The notes: generated by a model from the sequence alone, not told the origin. A stretch of DNA of 64,000 nucleotides from Negaprion brevirostris (GCA_030324005.1 JARDVH010000121.1:9991059-10055058); one strand, 5' to 3'. Shown: positions 13,544 to 28,411, numbered from the stretch's first letter. Numbers and translations: made by a program.

Positions 13544-16500
13544 ATACGAGTAATAATTGATTTGCTGTAGGTATCACTAATCCGAATTTGTCATTTTAGT
13601 GATATTAATACAACATATTCAAAGTCAGTTTCTGTGTTCAGAATTATTTGCATACCACCTATTGTTTGAACGTAGTATACTTCCGCTTGTGGGCTGTTTG
13701 GGTACCTTTAATGACTGGCCAGATTCAAATACATCAACGAACATGAAATAATGATGCAACTTGCATTTTGAAAAAAAAACATGCATTTAAAGAGATAGCA
13801 ACTAAATATTTTCAAAGCGAAGGGGAAGCCTCAAAAGTAATGAAATTTGTATGGGTTTCAATCGCACCACGTTCCAGCAAACCCCCGTTATAGAGTGCAT
13901 GGACAGGCACATGAAATTGGTCGCTCGATCTCCAAATTGATATGATAATTCATGGCTCAAAAATGGTTGTCATCAAACATGATTTTCAATAATTCAACTG
14001 TTCAACGGCATTTTTTTTCTGATACATTTTACTTGATTCAGTAGATCGAGCTCATCGATTTGCTCACAATTGCACAATATAATTTCTGTCGTTAAAAAGC
14101 AGGAACAGTTTGTCAAATTTAACCTTACATAGTCTGATGCATTTTAAGCGCTAGCTTGTCCGATTGCAGTGATGTCGCTCCTAAACAACATCAGAGTTTG
14201 TTCCTAACTGGTCATTCTCATTAGTTCAGCCTTTGCACTTCACTTCTGTTAAGTGTAACATGCCAAAGATAATCAATAATCAAAATGCACAAATTGCATG
14301 CACTTTGGATTCTGCACCTCAGATAAATTCCCTCAACTACAGTCCAGGCAGCTGGCACTGTCTTCCTCCTGATGGTACTGGAACTTACTAACTGTGACCT
14401 GCGCTTCAAAATTAAGCAAAACCCACTCCATTGTCGAAACACATCTCTGCACTCCTTTTTGTGGGACTGCTCAGGGGAATTCGATCCGCTATATGCCCTG
14501 TGTTTTCAAGAAAGGCATTGAACTGGCGCAGTTTACATTCGCCAAGGCCCCGCATCCAGTATAACCGTCACCGCTTCAAACGAATTGCTGTAGTCGGCAG
14601 AATGGAAACTTTACATCACGCGCTCAAGTGGCCAAATGTGCATGATAATCAAATTATGACAGTAACATCATTTGAATGCCTGCAAAGTAGGAATATGAAA
14701 AGCAGATGTGATACTCTCGATTCGACATGAAGGAAAGACACGTAGATGATGTGAGGTCGCTATTGGATGAAAACAAATACATATGTTGGCCTGGCCAGCC
14801 ACCTACGCGCTCAAGGGAGGTTTTTAAAAATTGAGATTATCCTGAGAAAGACAAAACTGAATAGGTCAGGCAGCATGGCTGAAGTTTGAAATAAGATAAA
14901 CATCGAATAGAATAGAACTTAAGCGGAAATATAATGCGCGCATGTAGCCACATTAGTTTCTGATTCCGAAAACGCACAATATGCCATTGTTATCATATAT
15001 TTTAAAATAATCTGGTATTTATTTGGTAATTGTTTGTTTGGCATTTCATCTGTGAGAGACGTCGTTTTGGGGTGAGCGTGGGACAGAGTGTGCGTTATGT
15101 ATCTCACTCTATCTGTATCTGTAGGTCCATAATACTGCAAAAGTAACCAGTTATCACCCGAGGAGTAGCGTTTGAAGGAGTAGCGTTTGAAGGACGCAAG
15201 AAGCGCTAGTGTTGAGAACAAAATATATGAAATGAGATTTGATCGCACAAGGGTTCTTAATGAAAACGCTTGTGAAACAAGTCATATGAATAACGCCACC
15301 GAAGAAATGATACATGGAAGCCATCCGCTTCGTAAGATGTCTATTTATACATACTAAATACGTGAAGGAAATTCTCGTTGGCATATGATTTATTTACTAT
15401 AGAAACTTAAAGATAAGCCAGAACTTTATATTAAAAAGTACTCTGAAAAAGAAAACAGTTCAAATTGATAGTTCTCACTTGAACTTGCATATTACGAAAT
15501 TATCACACCTCGGCATTTTTCTCCCTCTTAACTGCGATCTCCTCCTTCTCTTTGGCCTGCAGTCTCCGAAAACCTCAGTTTGGAACCTGCTGCACATCTT
15601 GGTCAATGTACGCCTTTGTAATTGGCAATTTCCCAAGCCACAGCTCAAAGCTCTGATCACTGACGTTATAACACTCGGGTTGGTGCAAATTAATCGACTG
15701 TTTGTTTTTAATATAAAATTGCTTATGGGCTGCGTGATGAAACTGGGACTGCATCAAAGTGGTGATGGCCTTCGACTGATTCCATCTCCCACTACCGACC
15801 AACTTGTATCCTGAAATGCGATGGATGTAGTAAACAACGTTTCCTCTTAACACTGTGGTCGGCTCCGTCACTGCTACTTGAGAAGATAACTATGATCTTT
15901 CATATGCCCTTCTTACCATGCTGAAGAAAGGCGTGGTAACATGCCATTCCCTCAATGATACCTCGAGATTATTGCATCAGTACCCATTCAATTGGTATCA
16001 GTCCCTCATTAAAATAAAACCAGATTGTTCATATTTATAGACAATTTTGCAATGCGAATTGTACTTTCTTCTCTCTGGAGCCCTTGATTTCGACAGAGTT
16101 GCATTATTTGTTTAAAAAAAAATAGAGTGTTAAATTAGCTGAAAAAAAACATAACAAATGTGAAGGTCACATGCAGAAGATTACAAATTACTTGAACAAA
16201 ATATTCGAAATAATGTTGCCCCTAAATGTTAAACAAAGAGTTTTTTTTGAGAAAGAAAGTAATAAAAAGTAAAACGTGTACAAAATTTAACGTAGTGGAG
16301 TGAGCTTGTATATTCAGTTAAAGCAATATTCACTGACAAACATCTCAAAGATTTATGAAGTTGTACATTCAGTGACATATTGCTTCAAATGTTCACTCCA
16401 ATGCAAATGTCACACAGATTCAACTGAAATTGTTTCGTTTGCTCCAAAAAAAATAAAATTAGCGCAATGCAGACCGTATTTTTTACTTACCCTTCGTTTT

Positions 16501-16959
16501 CAATCGGTATATATATATATATTTCCTGTGTTGATATGACGTTTGTTGGATCAATATTTTACTACTTGAGGAAATCGAAGCTCAGATCTTAATGTCAACG
16601 TCGAGAGATGCACTTTTTTTTTCATAATGTGGCTCTGTCTTAATCAAAATCGGAAAACAAGTTGCTCTCCAGAAAGTATTGTTTTCCTCCGCAATGAACT
16701 CACTTGCACGTTACCTCCGTGCAAGCAAGGTAATTAGGATCACATGATATTACATGTTGAACTGATGAACGGATACGTGTGTATTGAACCTAAGGTCTTG
16801 TGTATCGTTGTGGTGCATGGATTCGAATTTAGTCAGTGCAACTGGTGTTATTCAAGTTACCTTACGCGCCGTTAAAGCTCGGCTAAATAATAATGCTAAA
16901 TAAACTGCCGGTCTTAAATGCAAACTTGATCCACGATAATACTTTTGCAAATGAATTTT

Positions 16960-17465
16960 GCCCTTCTTACACATGTGACTTTGACATTTGGCTCAAGGCC
17001 TTCCTCAGAATTGGTGACACAATTACTTCAGAGCATCTTGAATGATCTCTACATCCTCGTCATAGATCGGCCCTCCGATTCAACTTGGTATCAAATGCAA
17101 ACTTTGAGAGGTTACATTGTGTTCCCTCATCCAAATCATTCATATATATTGTGAATTGCTGAGCTCCCAACACCATCCCTATGGCACCCCACCAGTCACT
17201 GCCTGCCAATTTGAAAAACACTCGTTAATTCCCACTCTTTGTTTACTTTCTCCCAACCAGTTGTTTTTTTTTCTCTACATTTCAATGCACTTCCCCCAAT
17301 CCAATGCGTTTTAATGTTCCACAATGATATCTTATGCCGTATTTGGTCAAGCGCTTTGTGGAAGTCCAAATATACTACATCTATCTGCTCCTCCTTGTCA
17401 ACTCTACTAGTTACATTTTCAAAGAATTCCGAGACAGTGGCAAGCATGATTTCCCTTTCATAAAT
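16960..17465 (-). mobile_element. CR1 reverse transcriptase fragment
   Basis: ORF 17196-17447 gives EFFENVTSRVDKEEQIDVVYLDFHKALD, followed by an NDLDEG...KF remnant. Confidence 0.9.
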
Positions 17466-17863
17466 CTGACAAGACTGTGCTGGAAAAGTTTTGATGTTCA
17501 GTGAAAAGTTTATGCGCTACTTGGAAATTCGCTGATGCGAGTGATGACTGTATAAGTACGTTAAGTGATCTGGTAACCAAAAAAAAACAGACTTTGCACT
17601 GGGTCGGGCGAGAGGTGGACGATGGTGGTTGCGGATAATGAGATGTCCAATTCCAGGTTCTCTGTGATAGAATGCATAAATAAACGACATTGTAATAGAG
17701 TGGTTGAAATTTCAGAACGTGATTGATGAATGCATTTGGTGAAGTTGTTTCTGTTTGTTGCGCTGCGATAAACATAAGACAAAATATAGCAACAGTTGTT
17801 TTTTTTTTGAAGTACTGATGTTATTGATCTTTTCGAAACCAAGTGCTCCGTCCTTTGTTTTAG

Positions 17864-17890
17864 GGGAGAAGTTGAAAATTAAAGAGGATG
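17864..17890 (+). CDS. 27-nt micro-exon (G)EKLKIKED
   Basis: Acceptor tcctttgttttag, donor atg|gtaaca. Open frame. Confidence 0.75.
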
Positions 17891-18599
17891 GTAACAACTT
17901 TTAAAATATTTATCATAATTACTTCGGAGCTTCCCCAAACCAATCCCTTCTCTGCTTCACCAACTAACCCTTACACACACTCAATCACAGATTGCATAGC
18001 TAAAAATAACTGACACACGGCTTACGTTCTAACTTAACAACTGACAGCATTGGTTATATATCAATTCATGGGCATGTTGCTTTCTGTTCCGGTTTTTGAT
18101 TCTTCTCCAAACAGAACAGGGGCCTCGGCTGACAATTTAGTTGTTTGTGTAAAAGGGATGCGTGGAATTATTTGTGCAATCGTTAGGGCGAGGCATTAAT
18201 GGGAACCAGTGGTTTACCGATTATTTCTTTTGGGTAGATCCAATAAAACGTGGCTAAGAAGAACGACAAGGTTCTCGGACATTCGGAATGCAACATAATT
18301 TGTCGCAAATTGCAAAATAAAACCGCTACTATTTTGTACACAAGCTCATCCCTGGCTGCGACTAGACTACAGCAGACCCAATCTTGATGTATGCTTAAAA
18401 CTCCCTCAGATATGTAATTCCTGTTGGGCAGGTAATGCTAGTTTCAAGGGATAGTCATAGGCAACGAGTCCCGCGGAAAGATCAACCAATGATTTCCGTG
18501 TACCTCGCCAGGGTTTTCACACAATTATTATGTCAATGATCCTGTCATAATCACATCGGGAAAGTAATGTGCATCGAAGTTCCTACAACGCATTCCTAA

Positions 18600-18800
18600 C
18601 TGCAATTTCGGCCACTGTCAGTGCGAAGTGTGCACGGTCTCCCCCTGTCTGCGTGCATTTTCGCCAAGTGTAGCTGTTTCCTTCCACAGTCAAAAAGGCG
18701 CGCATATTCGGTGCATTGATCATGCTCAATGTTTCCCGAATGTCCTTGAACAGGCGGCGGTGTGTGGTGACGAGTTGTTGGCTTTAACCGCATTGCAAAT
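18600..18800 (+). mobile_element. V-SINE fragment of the non-CR1-tail subfamily
   Basis: tgcacggtctccccctgtctgcgtg...ttccttccacagtc...gaacaggcggcggtgtgtggtgac. Confidence 0.75.
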
Positions 18801-19174
18801 TTTAAAGCAAACCTACTCCTGAAACTAATAAATTAACTTTATTTTGTAAATTTAAATGTTACAGAATGGCTGATCGCCCGAATATGTGAAATTTCATTCA
18901 TTGTGCCATTGCAATTGAGTTTGTTTGGTTCAAATATTCAGCATATATAAAAGTCGACTATTGCTTAATAACAGCTGCAGCAGGTTACATTCATAAAGCT
19001 AGGCATTGTGTTCTACATTACAGAGCTCATTGCGTGCAAGGCGTCCGTGAAAGTTTTAGGTAAATGGAAAGAATGGCTCTATCTTTAAGAAGGATAGATT
19101 GGATGACATGTTTCTCCCGTGAACTGACATGTTCGACCAACCATTTCGAAGTGGTATAATTGATTACTCTGGAA

Positions 19175-19580
19175 CATTAGGATTGATTTAGGATTACTTT
19201 TACTGGGAAGACGGAGGCTGGTGGGAGATCTGATAGTAGAGAACGAAATTACAAAAGGCATGGGAGAGTGGATAGTCAGAGACTTTTTCCCCCCAGGGTA
19301 GAAATGCCAATTAAAAGGGGACACAGATTCGGTCGGAAAGGGGTAAGATTTAAGGGTGATGCACAGGATACAGAGGGCATTTTTTTTTCACGAAAACGGT
19401 GTTTGGTGTCTGGAACGCGCAGCCAGAGGGACGGACGGTAGCATGCGTCCGAGCAATATTTAAGAGGCATCTGGATGGGCACACAAATAGAAAAGGAATA
19501 GAACGATACGGACAAAGTACGGGAAGAAGCATAATCGGCACAGATTTGGAGGACCGAAGGGCCTGACCGTGTGCCTTTTT
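19175..19580 (+). mobile_element. CR1 LINE 3' fragment
   Basis: ggaggctggtgggagatctgatag...tggaacgcgcagccagag...ggaccgaagggcctg. Confidence 0.85.
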
Positions 19581-20961
19581 TTTTCCTTTTTTTAAAATAG
19601 CGAACTTTAAAACTCGCATCGTTCTATCATGGGCTGCGTCTTTTTTTAAGGAATAATGTTTTATTACAAATGGCAGAGATCGCAATTAGTTATCAGCAAC
19701 TGGCCTCATGTGAAGGAGGCATTTCTGATAATTGAAACAGGCGTGCATAACCGTACATCAAATAAATGTTTTTTTTCAGGCAAACATTCCGGTATTTTTT
19801 TGCGATAGAATCACATGGTCTTTAATAGAGGAAAAGTGGGAAGCAAAGGATGAAGGTGATTGTACTTTACATTTTGTGACATACACCTTCGACATTCAGA
19901 TTCCCATATACAAACGAATCCGAATCAAAGTTTTGGAAAGTCCGACAGATGCAGTTTACTTAAATTCCCGCCTTTGCCACAAGTTTGGTAAACGAGAAAC
20001 ATTAACAGATAATGCGCACAGAAAGGTAGTGAAGCTGGAATTTCTAATGACGGAGTGTCTCATAAATGAAAAGGTCGACTTAATTTATCGCTAATGTCAT
20101 GTAAACCAAAGTAATCATAATCAATCTCTCATTTAAACAAAAAAAATGCATCACTATTTGTAATGTTGTCCATTGGTTCGTTCTGGAAACAACATTATCT
20201 TTGGAATTCCTGGTTATTTTCGTATCAGGGAAATTTCTTGCATTTTTTTTGGCATTTTATGTAATCTGGTACAACATGTTGCCATAAAAAACGTCAATAG
20301 GCCATGACAGCATGCTGATTTTATTATGGGATCAGGTGTAATGGATTGCAATTTATCACGTAATCGATCGTCAACAGCCACTTACACCCTTAATGATTTG
20401 CATTTAATAATCAAATTATTTCTCCTAAACATATAAACGCAACTTCTACTCTTTAAAGACTTCTTCATTTTATTTTCAACTTTGGAAGAAACTTCACGGG
20501 AATTTGTAATCCCATATGTGCACGTCAGATTGTGTAATCTTTCTCCACAATTAATTCTATGGCTATCTCTTCGAAATCTCATTCGAAATTGTTAATCACG
20601 AACTCCTCCGACGAAAACTCACCTTTCCCCCAAATTAGCCCCATGGTTATATTTAGCAGCAGATTAATGTTCAATTTCAATCGCATCAATTTCAATGTGA
20701 TCAAGGTTTTGGCGCGTTGTGTCAGAACTCGTAAATGATCGCAAACAATCCATTGTGATTAAATCAATTAGCGAGGATTGTGGATGCACAGCAACGTTTT
20801 GCGTAATGTCATTCCTGAACATGATGTATTTCAAATTGAAATTAGCGGCAGTTTCTAATAACCCGGTAGACTGCACAAGCCTTAATGTGAATAAATCTTG
20901 GGAATTCCTGTTCAAAAGGAGTAAGACAATGACCTCTATTTCCTTGTTTACCAAACTGCAG

Positions 20962-20997
20962 AACGCAAAATGTCCGACGATGTAGAAAGAAGATTAG
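20962..20997 (+). CDS. 36-nt micro-exon (E)RKMSDDVERRL
   Basis: Acceptor ccttgtttaccaaactgcag, donor tag|gtaagg. Intronic flank resembles that of 59333. Confidence 0.7.
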
Positions 20998-22466
20998 GTA
21001 AGGAAAAGGCTTCATGCACACTTGAATCCGTTACCCTTTAAAAGTGCATGGGTAAGTGTAGATACTGTGATTTCATCACTCAAAGTGCATTATTTTTGTT
21101 CCTTTGCTGGATCCCATTTTCATAAACCTGTACTGCATTTTTTAAAATTATTATTTCACACGTTGAAGAAAGACATTCCCTTTCATTTTGTGATCTCGCG
21201 TCTCAGAGAGAATTGAAAACATCAGGTACATTATACCAATAGAGTGTCGACTGAATCGGGCCGTTATGAAAGAAAAATAAAATGCAATAAAAAAAATGCC
21301 ACGGAAATGCTGCAGGGAAGCTCTGATATTTCAGCGGACAAAATCGAAATGTAAGCGAAAAAGTAAGCAGTTGTTCAATTCATGTCCTGCACTTCATAGG
21401 CACGCCGTATATTCCAAATTTCGCTAGATTATAAGTAAAATCACGTTTTAATTTTAGGCAGTAAATGTTACCAACGTTACCAAGGCAATTCTGTGTGTTT
21501 AACTGAAAAAAAAAACGCGAAGGTAGTGATATTGGAAAAAGGATATCAACCATTTGATGTCCGAATTGTTTTTTTTGTGCCAGGAATGCCCCAAGCCGAT
21601 ATTGATAGAAACAGAAGATTGGTGCGGGGTACTTCTTTTGTGTACGACACGCAGCCAGCTTTCTTGAGTAAAATAAAACTTGAGTGACACAGTAAGTGCT
21701 ACAATCTCATCTCAATAGTTTAAGCGTAGGAAGAAGTCTCAGTTGTATCGAAAATATCTGGCGAAAGGGATTGCGAAATAATGATCGGGTTTGAAATTTG
21801 CACTGAAATCCAATGTTGCACACAACCACACTTGTCCTGATTTAATGAATTTGGGAGAGAAAATTCAACAGATTTGTTTTTATCTACTGTACAGGAGCCA
21901 TGTCGTAGAGTGGAAATTTAGTACAGATTGCGCTGAAAGTAAAATGATGGATAATATTTCCCACGGCAGGTATATGGAAGCAGGAGATGAGACTTGCCAT
22001 GTTATGATGGTGGAATTAGGCGACCAGTTGTAGGAAAAGTTAAACCAAAATGTCAATGTATTGAAACAACATGCCAAGGTTTCCCAGAATGCACATTCGC
22101 CCTGAGGGCAAGTAAACGTCCATTAGATCTAAATAAAACATTCTTTTCAAATCTAAAATGAACAACTATCCTCCTCTACCGGTATCCATCGATCTACTGT
22201 GACGTCCATTCTGATCAATCAAGATACTTTGTAGTATTTTTAATGACTTATCTGGTAATACCGCGCTTCTGCTTCCGCCTTTACAAACAGTGTTGTAATC
22301 TATGTACAGGGTAGCAATTTGAGTTTGTAGCTTCATTGACTTCGCTTTCCACTGTTAATTGATGTGAATCATGTGGTTTCGGTATAATTGCAACAGTTGA
22401 GCATCAAACGCTCGAAATCACGTAAATGATATTTTTCTAACTCACGTTTTCAATATGCTTCAGGAA

Positions 22467-22888
22467 ATAGAACAAAGAACAATACAGCGCGGGAAACAGG
22501 CCATTCGGCCCAACAAGCCCGCGCCACCATTTTAACATTATGAGTCCCTCTCCACCCATGACCCTTGTCTACGCTTATAACATTCCACATTGAGGGAAAA
22601 CTAATTTAGAGACAATTTTTTACATCAATCAGCCTAAGAGCACGTTTTTGGGGCGTGGGAGGAAACCGGAGCACCTGGAGAAAACCCACAGGGTGCACTT
22701 TCGGGTGCACTGAGGGACAAATTACCATGACCATCTCTTTCGACTGGGGGTGGAACCGGAGGAAAAACACGAAGTCACAGGGAAGACATGCAAACTCCAC
22801 ATAGACAGTGAACTATGCGGGGAATCAACGCTGGGTCTCAAGCGCTGTGAGGTAGCAGTGCTAACCATTGTCCCACCACGCTGCCCCA
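22467..22888 (-). mobile_element. V-SINE with CR1-type tail and an internally duplicated V-domain segment
   Basis: Head gctgtgaggtagcagtgctaaccattg...gctgcccc. Two V-domain motifs (ggaggaaaccggagcacc and ggtggaaccggagg). Tail atagaacaaagaacaatacagc. Confidence 0.85.
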
Positions 22889-23100
22889 ATGTGTTATGTT
22901 AACTGGACCTTACCGTAATTATCTTTACTCCTTAATTTCTTCACATCCTCTTCACCTTTGACCTTGTTTCCAGACACGGGCAACAGTCCGAATACGCTTC
23001 CTGAACCATTTCAGTTGCTTGGATTATTCTCGTTGTTCCACCGAAATAGACATTACGTGTAGCTGCAAAGAAGCTATATCATCAGTTGTTCCATTATCGC

Positions 23101-23176
23101 ACAGAATCATAAAAATCCTACATGCAGAAAGAGGCCATTTGGCCCAACGAGTCAGCACCGACCACAATCCTACCCG
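23101..23176 (-). mobile_element. HE1-like SINE 3' tail fragment
   Basis: Matches the tail of the SINE at 8313-8390 (aggccatttggccca...accacaatcc). Confidence 0.75.
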
Positions 23177-24489
23177 ATAAAATTTATTTCTCTTTCTTTA
23201 GACCGCTTCATCACATTTCACCGGATTCTGCAATCTTACCTGAAATAACGGATCACTTTTTAATTCAGCATTAAGTCCATTTATTCCCTCCTTTTCTACG
23301 AATGTTCCTTCCAAACAACATGTGTCCTCATTCCCCCAGCATTAAATTTGGATTGTTCCTGTATCCCAAAAGATCATAACTGTGTTACGTGCTCCTTCTT
23401 GTACACATGAGCAAACATTGCCAGAACAACTAAAATCTTGAAATGTATCAGAAACTTGCTCCACACCAGCTTCTCCAAAAGGTTGTGTGTTGTTTTTTTT
23501 TCCACTTCAGCGACAGCCATGATTTCCTTTGCCACTTTGACAAATTGCAGTGGCTCATCCGGCTTTTTTGTATTCGCTGTCTCATTATCGTTCTTAAGTC
23601 AACAACACTGCGTCTATGCACACTCAATTGCATTAACACGGAAACACACAACCTTTCTTCTCACTAACTGACTTTCATATGTTTCTTAGTTAGATTTCGG
23701 CAAACTGTCCTTACTCTCAACAACGAGGCACTATGTCTTTGGCCACGTGAAGATTGTTATTTCTTCCGTTTAAAATTCATGTCGAAGAAACAATTCCGAT
23801 TTATTCAGAAATTAAAATGAGTTGCTATTTTTGCTGAGAATCTCGCAACATTAACTGATCGGTCTTTCACATGGGTCCTTGTGACTTCGGGAATTGATTT
23901 TTGAAATTCTTACAAAGTAACTACTCTCGTGTGAAAGACATACGTTTGGGCTAATTTGAATGATTTTACCCACGTATCAAAAAAAAAGTCGAATCATTCC
24001 AATTTTCTCGAGGCTGGCATTTTTCTCTTTTGGGATTTATAAACGTCGTTCTGTGGGCTTCTGGCGCGGGTTCACGTACATTGAAGATTACCTTTCTTAT
24101 GTCCACATAACTCGTAGATAACTCCTCTGGAAATGAAACAAAAATTTTGCGTTAAATTATCCAGCAACTTGATTTAAATAAACATTTCGCACTTGGCCTG
24201 TGCTCGTTTTCATTGTGCAGTTACTTTCTCAATTGGAATAAAACAAATTTCAGAGTCAATTTCTTCAAAATTTGCCAACACTTGAACAATCTGCCCATTA
24301 GGCATTTGACAAGTTTTTTTTTTAATTATCTTTCCAATCCGTCTCTCTCTCTCTTATCGTCTCTCTCCATCTCTCCTAAAGCAATTCTGCCTGAGTTTTT
24401 CTTCCGTCATGGGCACCCTTTCTCATTCATTTGCCCCTCTCGTGGATGAGGGGAGAGTTGGAGAGAGGCGGAGATGAACAAATGTGGAA

Positions 24490-25241
24490 GTCATGCAACG
24501 CTACTTGCCCCAACACATCAATAATCACATAAACCCATGGTCTGCAATCCCCCCAGCCACATGTCCCCGATAACCAGAGCCCCCACATACCTCCCACCCC
24601 CTCAGCACATGTTCTTCAGAATCACAGCTCCTGGGAACGTTGAGAGGCTGCAACATTGCTATCTGCATGGGCTTTGTGCACATCCTTCAGCGTGAAGTGG
24701 GCTGAGCGTGTTAGGACCCAGCAGCATTGCAAGACACCAGTCACTGCTCAGATCCGGGCCGTGATGCAAGACAAACATCGCAGACCTGCAGAGCAATAGC
24801 GCCCCCACTTCCACACACACACAGACACACACACACACTCGCAACAATTATGGCCGCAACAACAGGACACCCGTGAGTAGCAGAGAGCCGTCGGACGCGT
24901 TGCACTTACCTCCTCGCTAACTCTCACTGATGTAGCCCCCGAATCAGAGTTTCAATGACCATTTCCATGTCGTCCCGATTCCGGATTCGCAGAGGCGTTG
25001 CTAAATGGGAAATGCTCATAAAGTTGAGCGGCAGTTCATTAATTCAACCGAAATGCTTTTGCGTGTATGGGAATCGCCTTTGCGCCCTTGTCGGGAGCCA
25101 ATCGGATCGCGGCCGTTGCAGGGCCCCGGGAAAGTCTCCATATGCGCAGACGGGGTGCTGGTCCCGGTAATTGCTCCCGCCCGAAATACCAGGTTTACGC
25201 GCCCGAAAACGAGCGCGACGCAATGATAAAATCGGGCCCAT
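24490..25241. mobile_element. GC-rich non-autonomous DNA transposon remnant, Harbinger-like, ending in a TIR
   Basis: Abrupt GC/CpG-rich block ending atgataaaatcgggcccat, which matches 30096-30114 in inverted orientation at 18/19. Superfamily assignment is from recollection. Confidence 0.55.
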
Positions 25242-28200
25242 CGTTTGCAATACCTGACTGAAAACACTGATTAGCCAAAGTCACTGGTTTCAACTTTAGT
25301 AATCCCAAGTCAAACAACGAATCATACTTCTTAATACCGTTACTGCGCAATTGGTTTTAGTCTCATGAAACAGAACTAGAAGTTATGTTACGAAAACTCA
25401 ACAGCACAGCCAGATTTTTTCCAGTTTTGAATAATTGTGCTGGTAGGTTATTCTGTGCAAGGAAAAAGCCCACCAGTAGTTAGTGACTGTTTTAAGTAAA
25501 ACAATCAATATTTAACAAACCAGTTTAAATGCAACCCTAAAAAAGCAGGGTGTCTCCTAACCATTGAACAACAATTAAAACAGGAAAACAAAAACGACAA
25601 TTTACCTTCTAACGTATTACGACATATTCAATTCCAAACAATCAACTTGTATCTTACAAATTAAAATGCTTATCAGAACCCATAAAAAAAAACTCAATAT
25701 GATAAGTGAAAACAGTCCTGAATCATTCAAAGGGAGACAAAACATTTCGTCAGTTTGCACAAAACCACATTCTCTAAGCCGCTTTCAGGCACAACTGTAA
25801 ATCTGCTTTTCTGCTACAGATTTAGCTCCTCTCAGAAGCCACATCATCATTTTGTCTTGTGTGCATTAATCCAGTGCTTACCCAACCCCGTCTTCCATTT
25901 AATTATTCGAAACACTGGTTTAAGCCTCCATCTCAGCAGAAATGAACGAACTCTACGCTATGACCGCGCTACATGATCAGAATGAAAACAAAAATCGTAC
26001 TCTCCCAGCATCTCAGTTAATTGTATCCAGGCGAACCAGCTCCCTGTGCAATGGACCAAAAGATAATAGGTGCACATATTTACAGTTAATCTGTCATCGA
26101 GTTCTCCATCTCCGTATAATGCAAGTATTGTGGGTTTTGGTTGGCCTAGCATTGCACTTTGCTGCAATCATCTTGCCATGAGTTTCAGAAAGGTGAAAAA
26201 ACAATCACGTACTGTTAAGTGCAGGTCTTTGTTATTTGCATGAAAAAAAAATCCCTTTGTTGACAATTTGAGTTATCCGTAATTAAAATTAAAATTCTGA
26301 ACAAGTTGTTTTTGGGATAAGTCCTTCAGATTTGGAAAACAAAATACGTTTATTCCACCGGATATTGCAATGTGTTTGACTTGTTCGCCTTCATTGTTAC
26401 GTCAGAAAAAATGGCATGCTAGTTTCACATTAATATTGCCTCCCGATAAAAATGCGATTAATCACGTTCTGACAAATCAGACCTCTCGAACCCTCCTTCG
26501 ATATTTTCTCACATGAGAAATGCACATTTTTCTTGAATACATGAAAATAAATTCCCACTTTGCATGCATATTAAAATTGATACATTATCGATTGATATGT
26601 GATTGAAGCAAACTTTATTCTTCCTCTTGTAAATCCTTTCCATCAGATATTAAAATAAATTATTAATTATTGCTTTTGCTCACGCAACCTACAAACCACA
26701 ATTGTCCCCTCAAACCAGCAGTACGTTGCAGACCTATTTCTGTTTCTTTCTAATCTGTAACGAGCAGTTACATAGTCGATAAGTGTACATCTATTTCTGT
26801 TTATGTTAAAACAATTTTCCCGTTAATATTAGTAAATTATATCGCAATATTAATGCAGCTAGTGTACCGATCTTGCTCACCGCAGTTCTGTCCTTACATG
26901 TTTAGGTTGCAATCCGTTCCCTTTATTCCTCCTACTCATTAATTGATCGTATGCAGTTCTTATCTTCCGATTCCCTTCCTAGTATTATCGAACCGCCTCA
27001 TATTATGCATCTCATTCTTCCGTTTTCTTTATTTTTTAATTACAGCTTCTCATCCGCCTTCCAAGTTACTTCATATCAAGTGCACCACATTCAAGTTCAA
27101 CATACCATATTATATTAAGTTGCTATACACCCCTTTCCCACGGTAGTGCCACCAGTTACGTGCTGCCAGGATGTGAATCTCTCCTACTTGCATCATGCCT
27201 TAAACTTTCTGCGCATGTAATAGTAATGGATATGATTGCTGTTTTCCTTATTATTTTAGTGGAATTGTTCTGGTAGAAATGTTAGTTCTATTCTTCGAAT
27301 GAACTAAACGATCATGATTTCAGCAATTGTTACTATCAAGTCCCACTTTGGAGTTTCATTCTGAGCTTCCCAAAATATATCTTCGAAACTCAATACATGT
27401 TCACTCGGTCCAAAGAGAGAACGAGGATTTTTGGATCACGGACTTCTGAATGCAGGATGTTCTTCACGTCCCCAATAGTTTTTTTTTGTGTTGGCGGCAG
27501 GAAGGCAGGATGTACGATAATATATAACAAAGGTAACAAAAAAAAACTCTGTCCCTTCGAATATGGGATCTTTCAGAACTACTGTATCGCTAATTTTAGA
27601 AGTTGCATCCCGTGATGCACTTCGTGCTTTCTTAAGACAAAACTAATGATTTAGGCATAGTATGTGTTAATAGAAGAAATATTTCAGTCCATTTTTCTTA
27701 ACCGAATTGAATCTTCGAACATGCTATCCAAGTTCGCTGTTTTGGAAACTGAAGACTGTTCCGTCGACGATGAGATTTACAAATTATAGCAATATGCGCT
27801 TAACTGACTTTGTGATTCTGCTCAATCGTTCAGCAAGATCACCCCGATCCAATTGTAACTTCAACATTGCATTCCCGCCTACCACCGCTGACCGTTCACA
27901 CCCTTGTAAATCGCACATCCAAATAAAATCTGCAAAATAAATTTAAATTCTCCTCACATTATATTTGCAGAAAGAGCGCCCCCGAACACACTTGCATTGA
28001 AGAGCGATGAAAAATAGTATTTCAGAAATGTGCATCATCGTCTTAAACAAGGGAAACTACCTAATCACGTAAACTGGCAATATCTCTCAGAATTTTGAAG
28101 TTTTTGAAAAACACAGTTACGAATTAGCAAATTGTCTTTCACTAAAAAGAGATGAAATGACATGTTTGACTAAAATCCTTAAAGATGTTAGTTATCCACC

Positions 28201-28387
28201 CTTAGTGATAACTTTTACATTTATTTTCATTTATTTTCATGTACGGATCTATTCCTGGACTATCTCTCTGTCCAACATAGGCCTCCACATTTTGATCAGG
28301 AAAGCCAATGGAAATAGTTTTGATGCGAATTAGATGTTCCAGAAGTCACGTTCTCAAATGGATTATTATTTAATCGAATAATTGAAG

Positions 28388-28411
28388 ATGAGATGAATAA
28401 AAAGAATGAAG
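28388..28411 (+). pseudogene. 24-nt degenerate exon copy (D)EMNKKNE with polypyrimidine tract apparently deleted
   Basis: cgaataattgaag|atgaga here versus cgaataattcattttcttttag|atgaga at 43071. Donor aag|gtaatc is intact. Confidence 0.45.

Noticed and set aside
15162-15193. 15-bp tandem duplication aggagtagcgtttga x2
   Set aside because: An ordinary slippage duplication with only two copies.
21584-21621. 38-nt AG..GT segment (G)MPQADIDRNRRL
   Set aside because: Not frame-symmetric, weak donor, and no paralogous flanks.
24490-25241. CpG-island promoter
   Set aside because: The block ends sharply at a TIR-like motif that recurs at 30096, so a transposon remnant explains it better.
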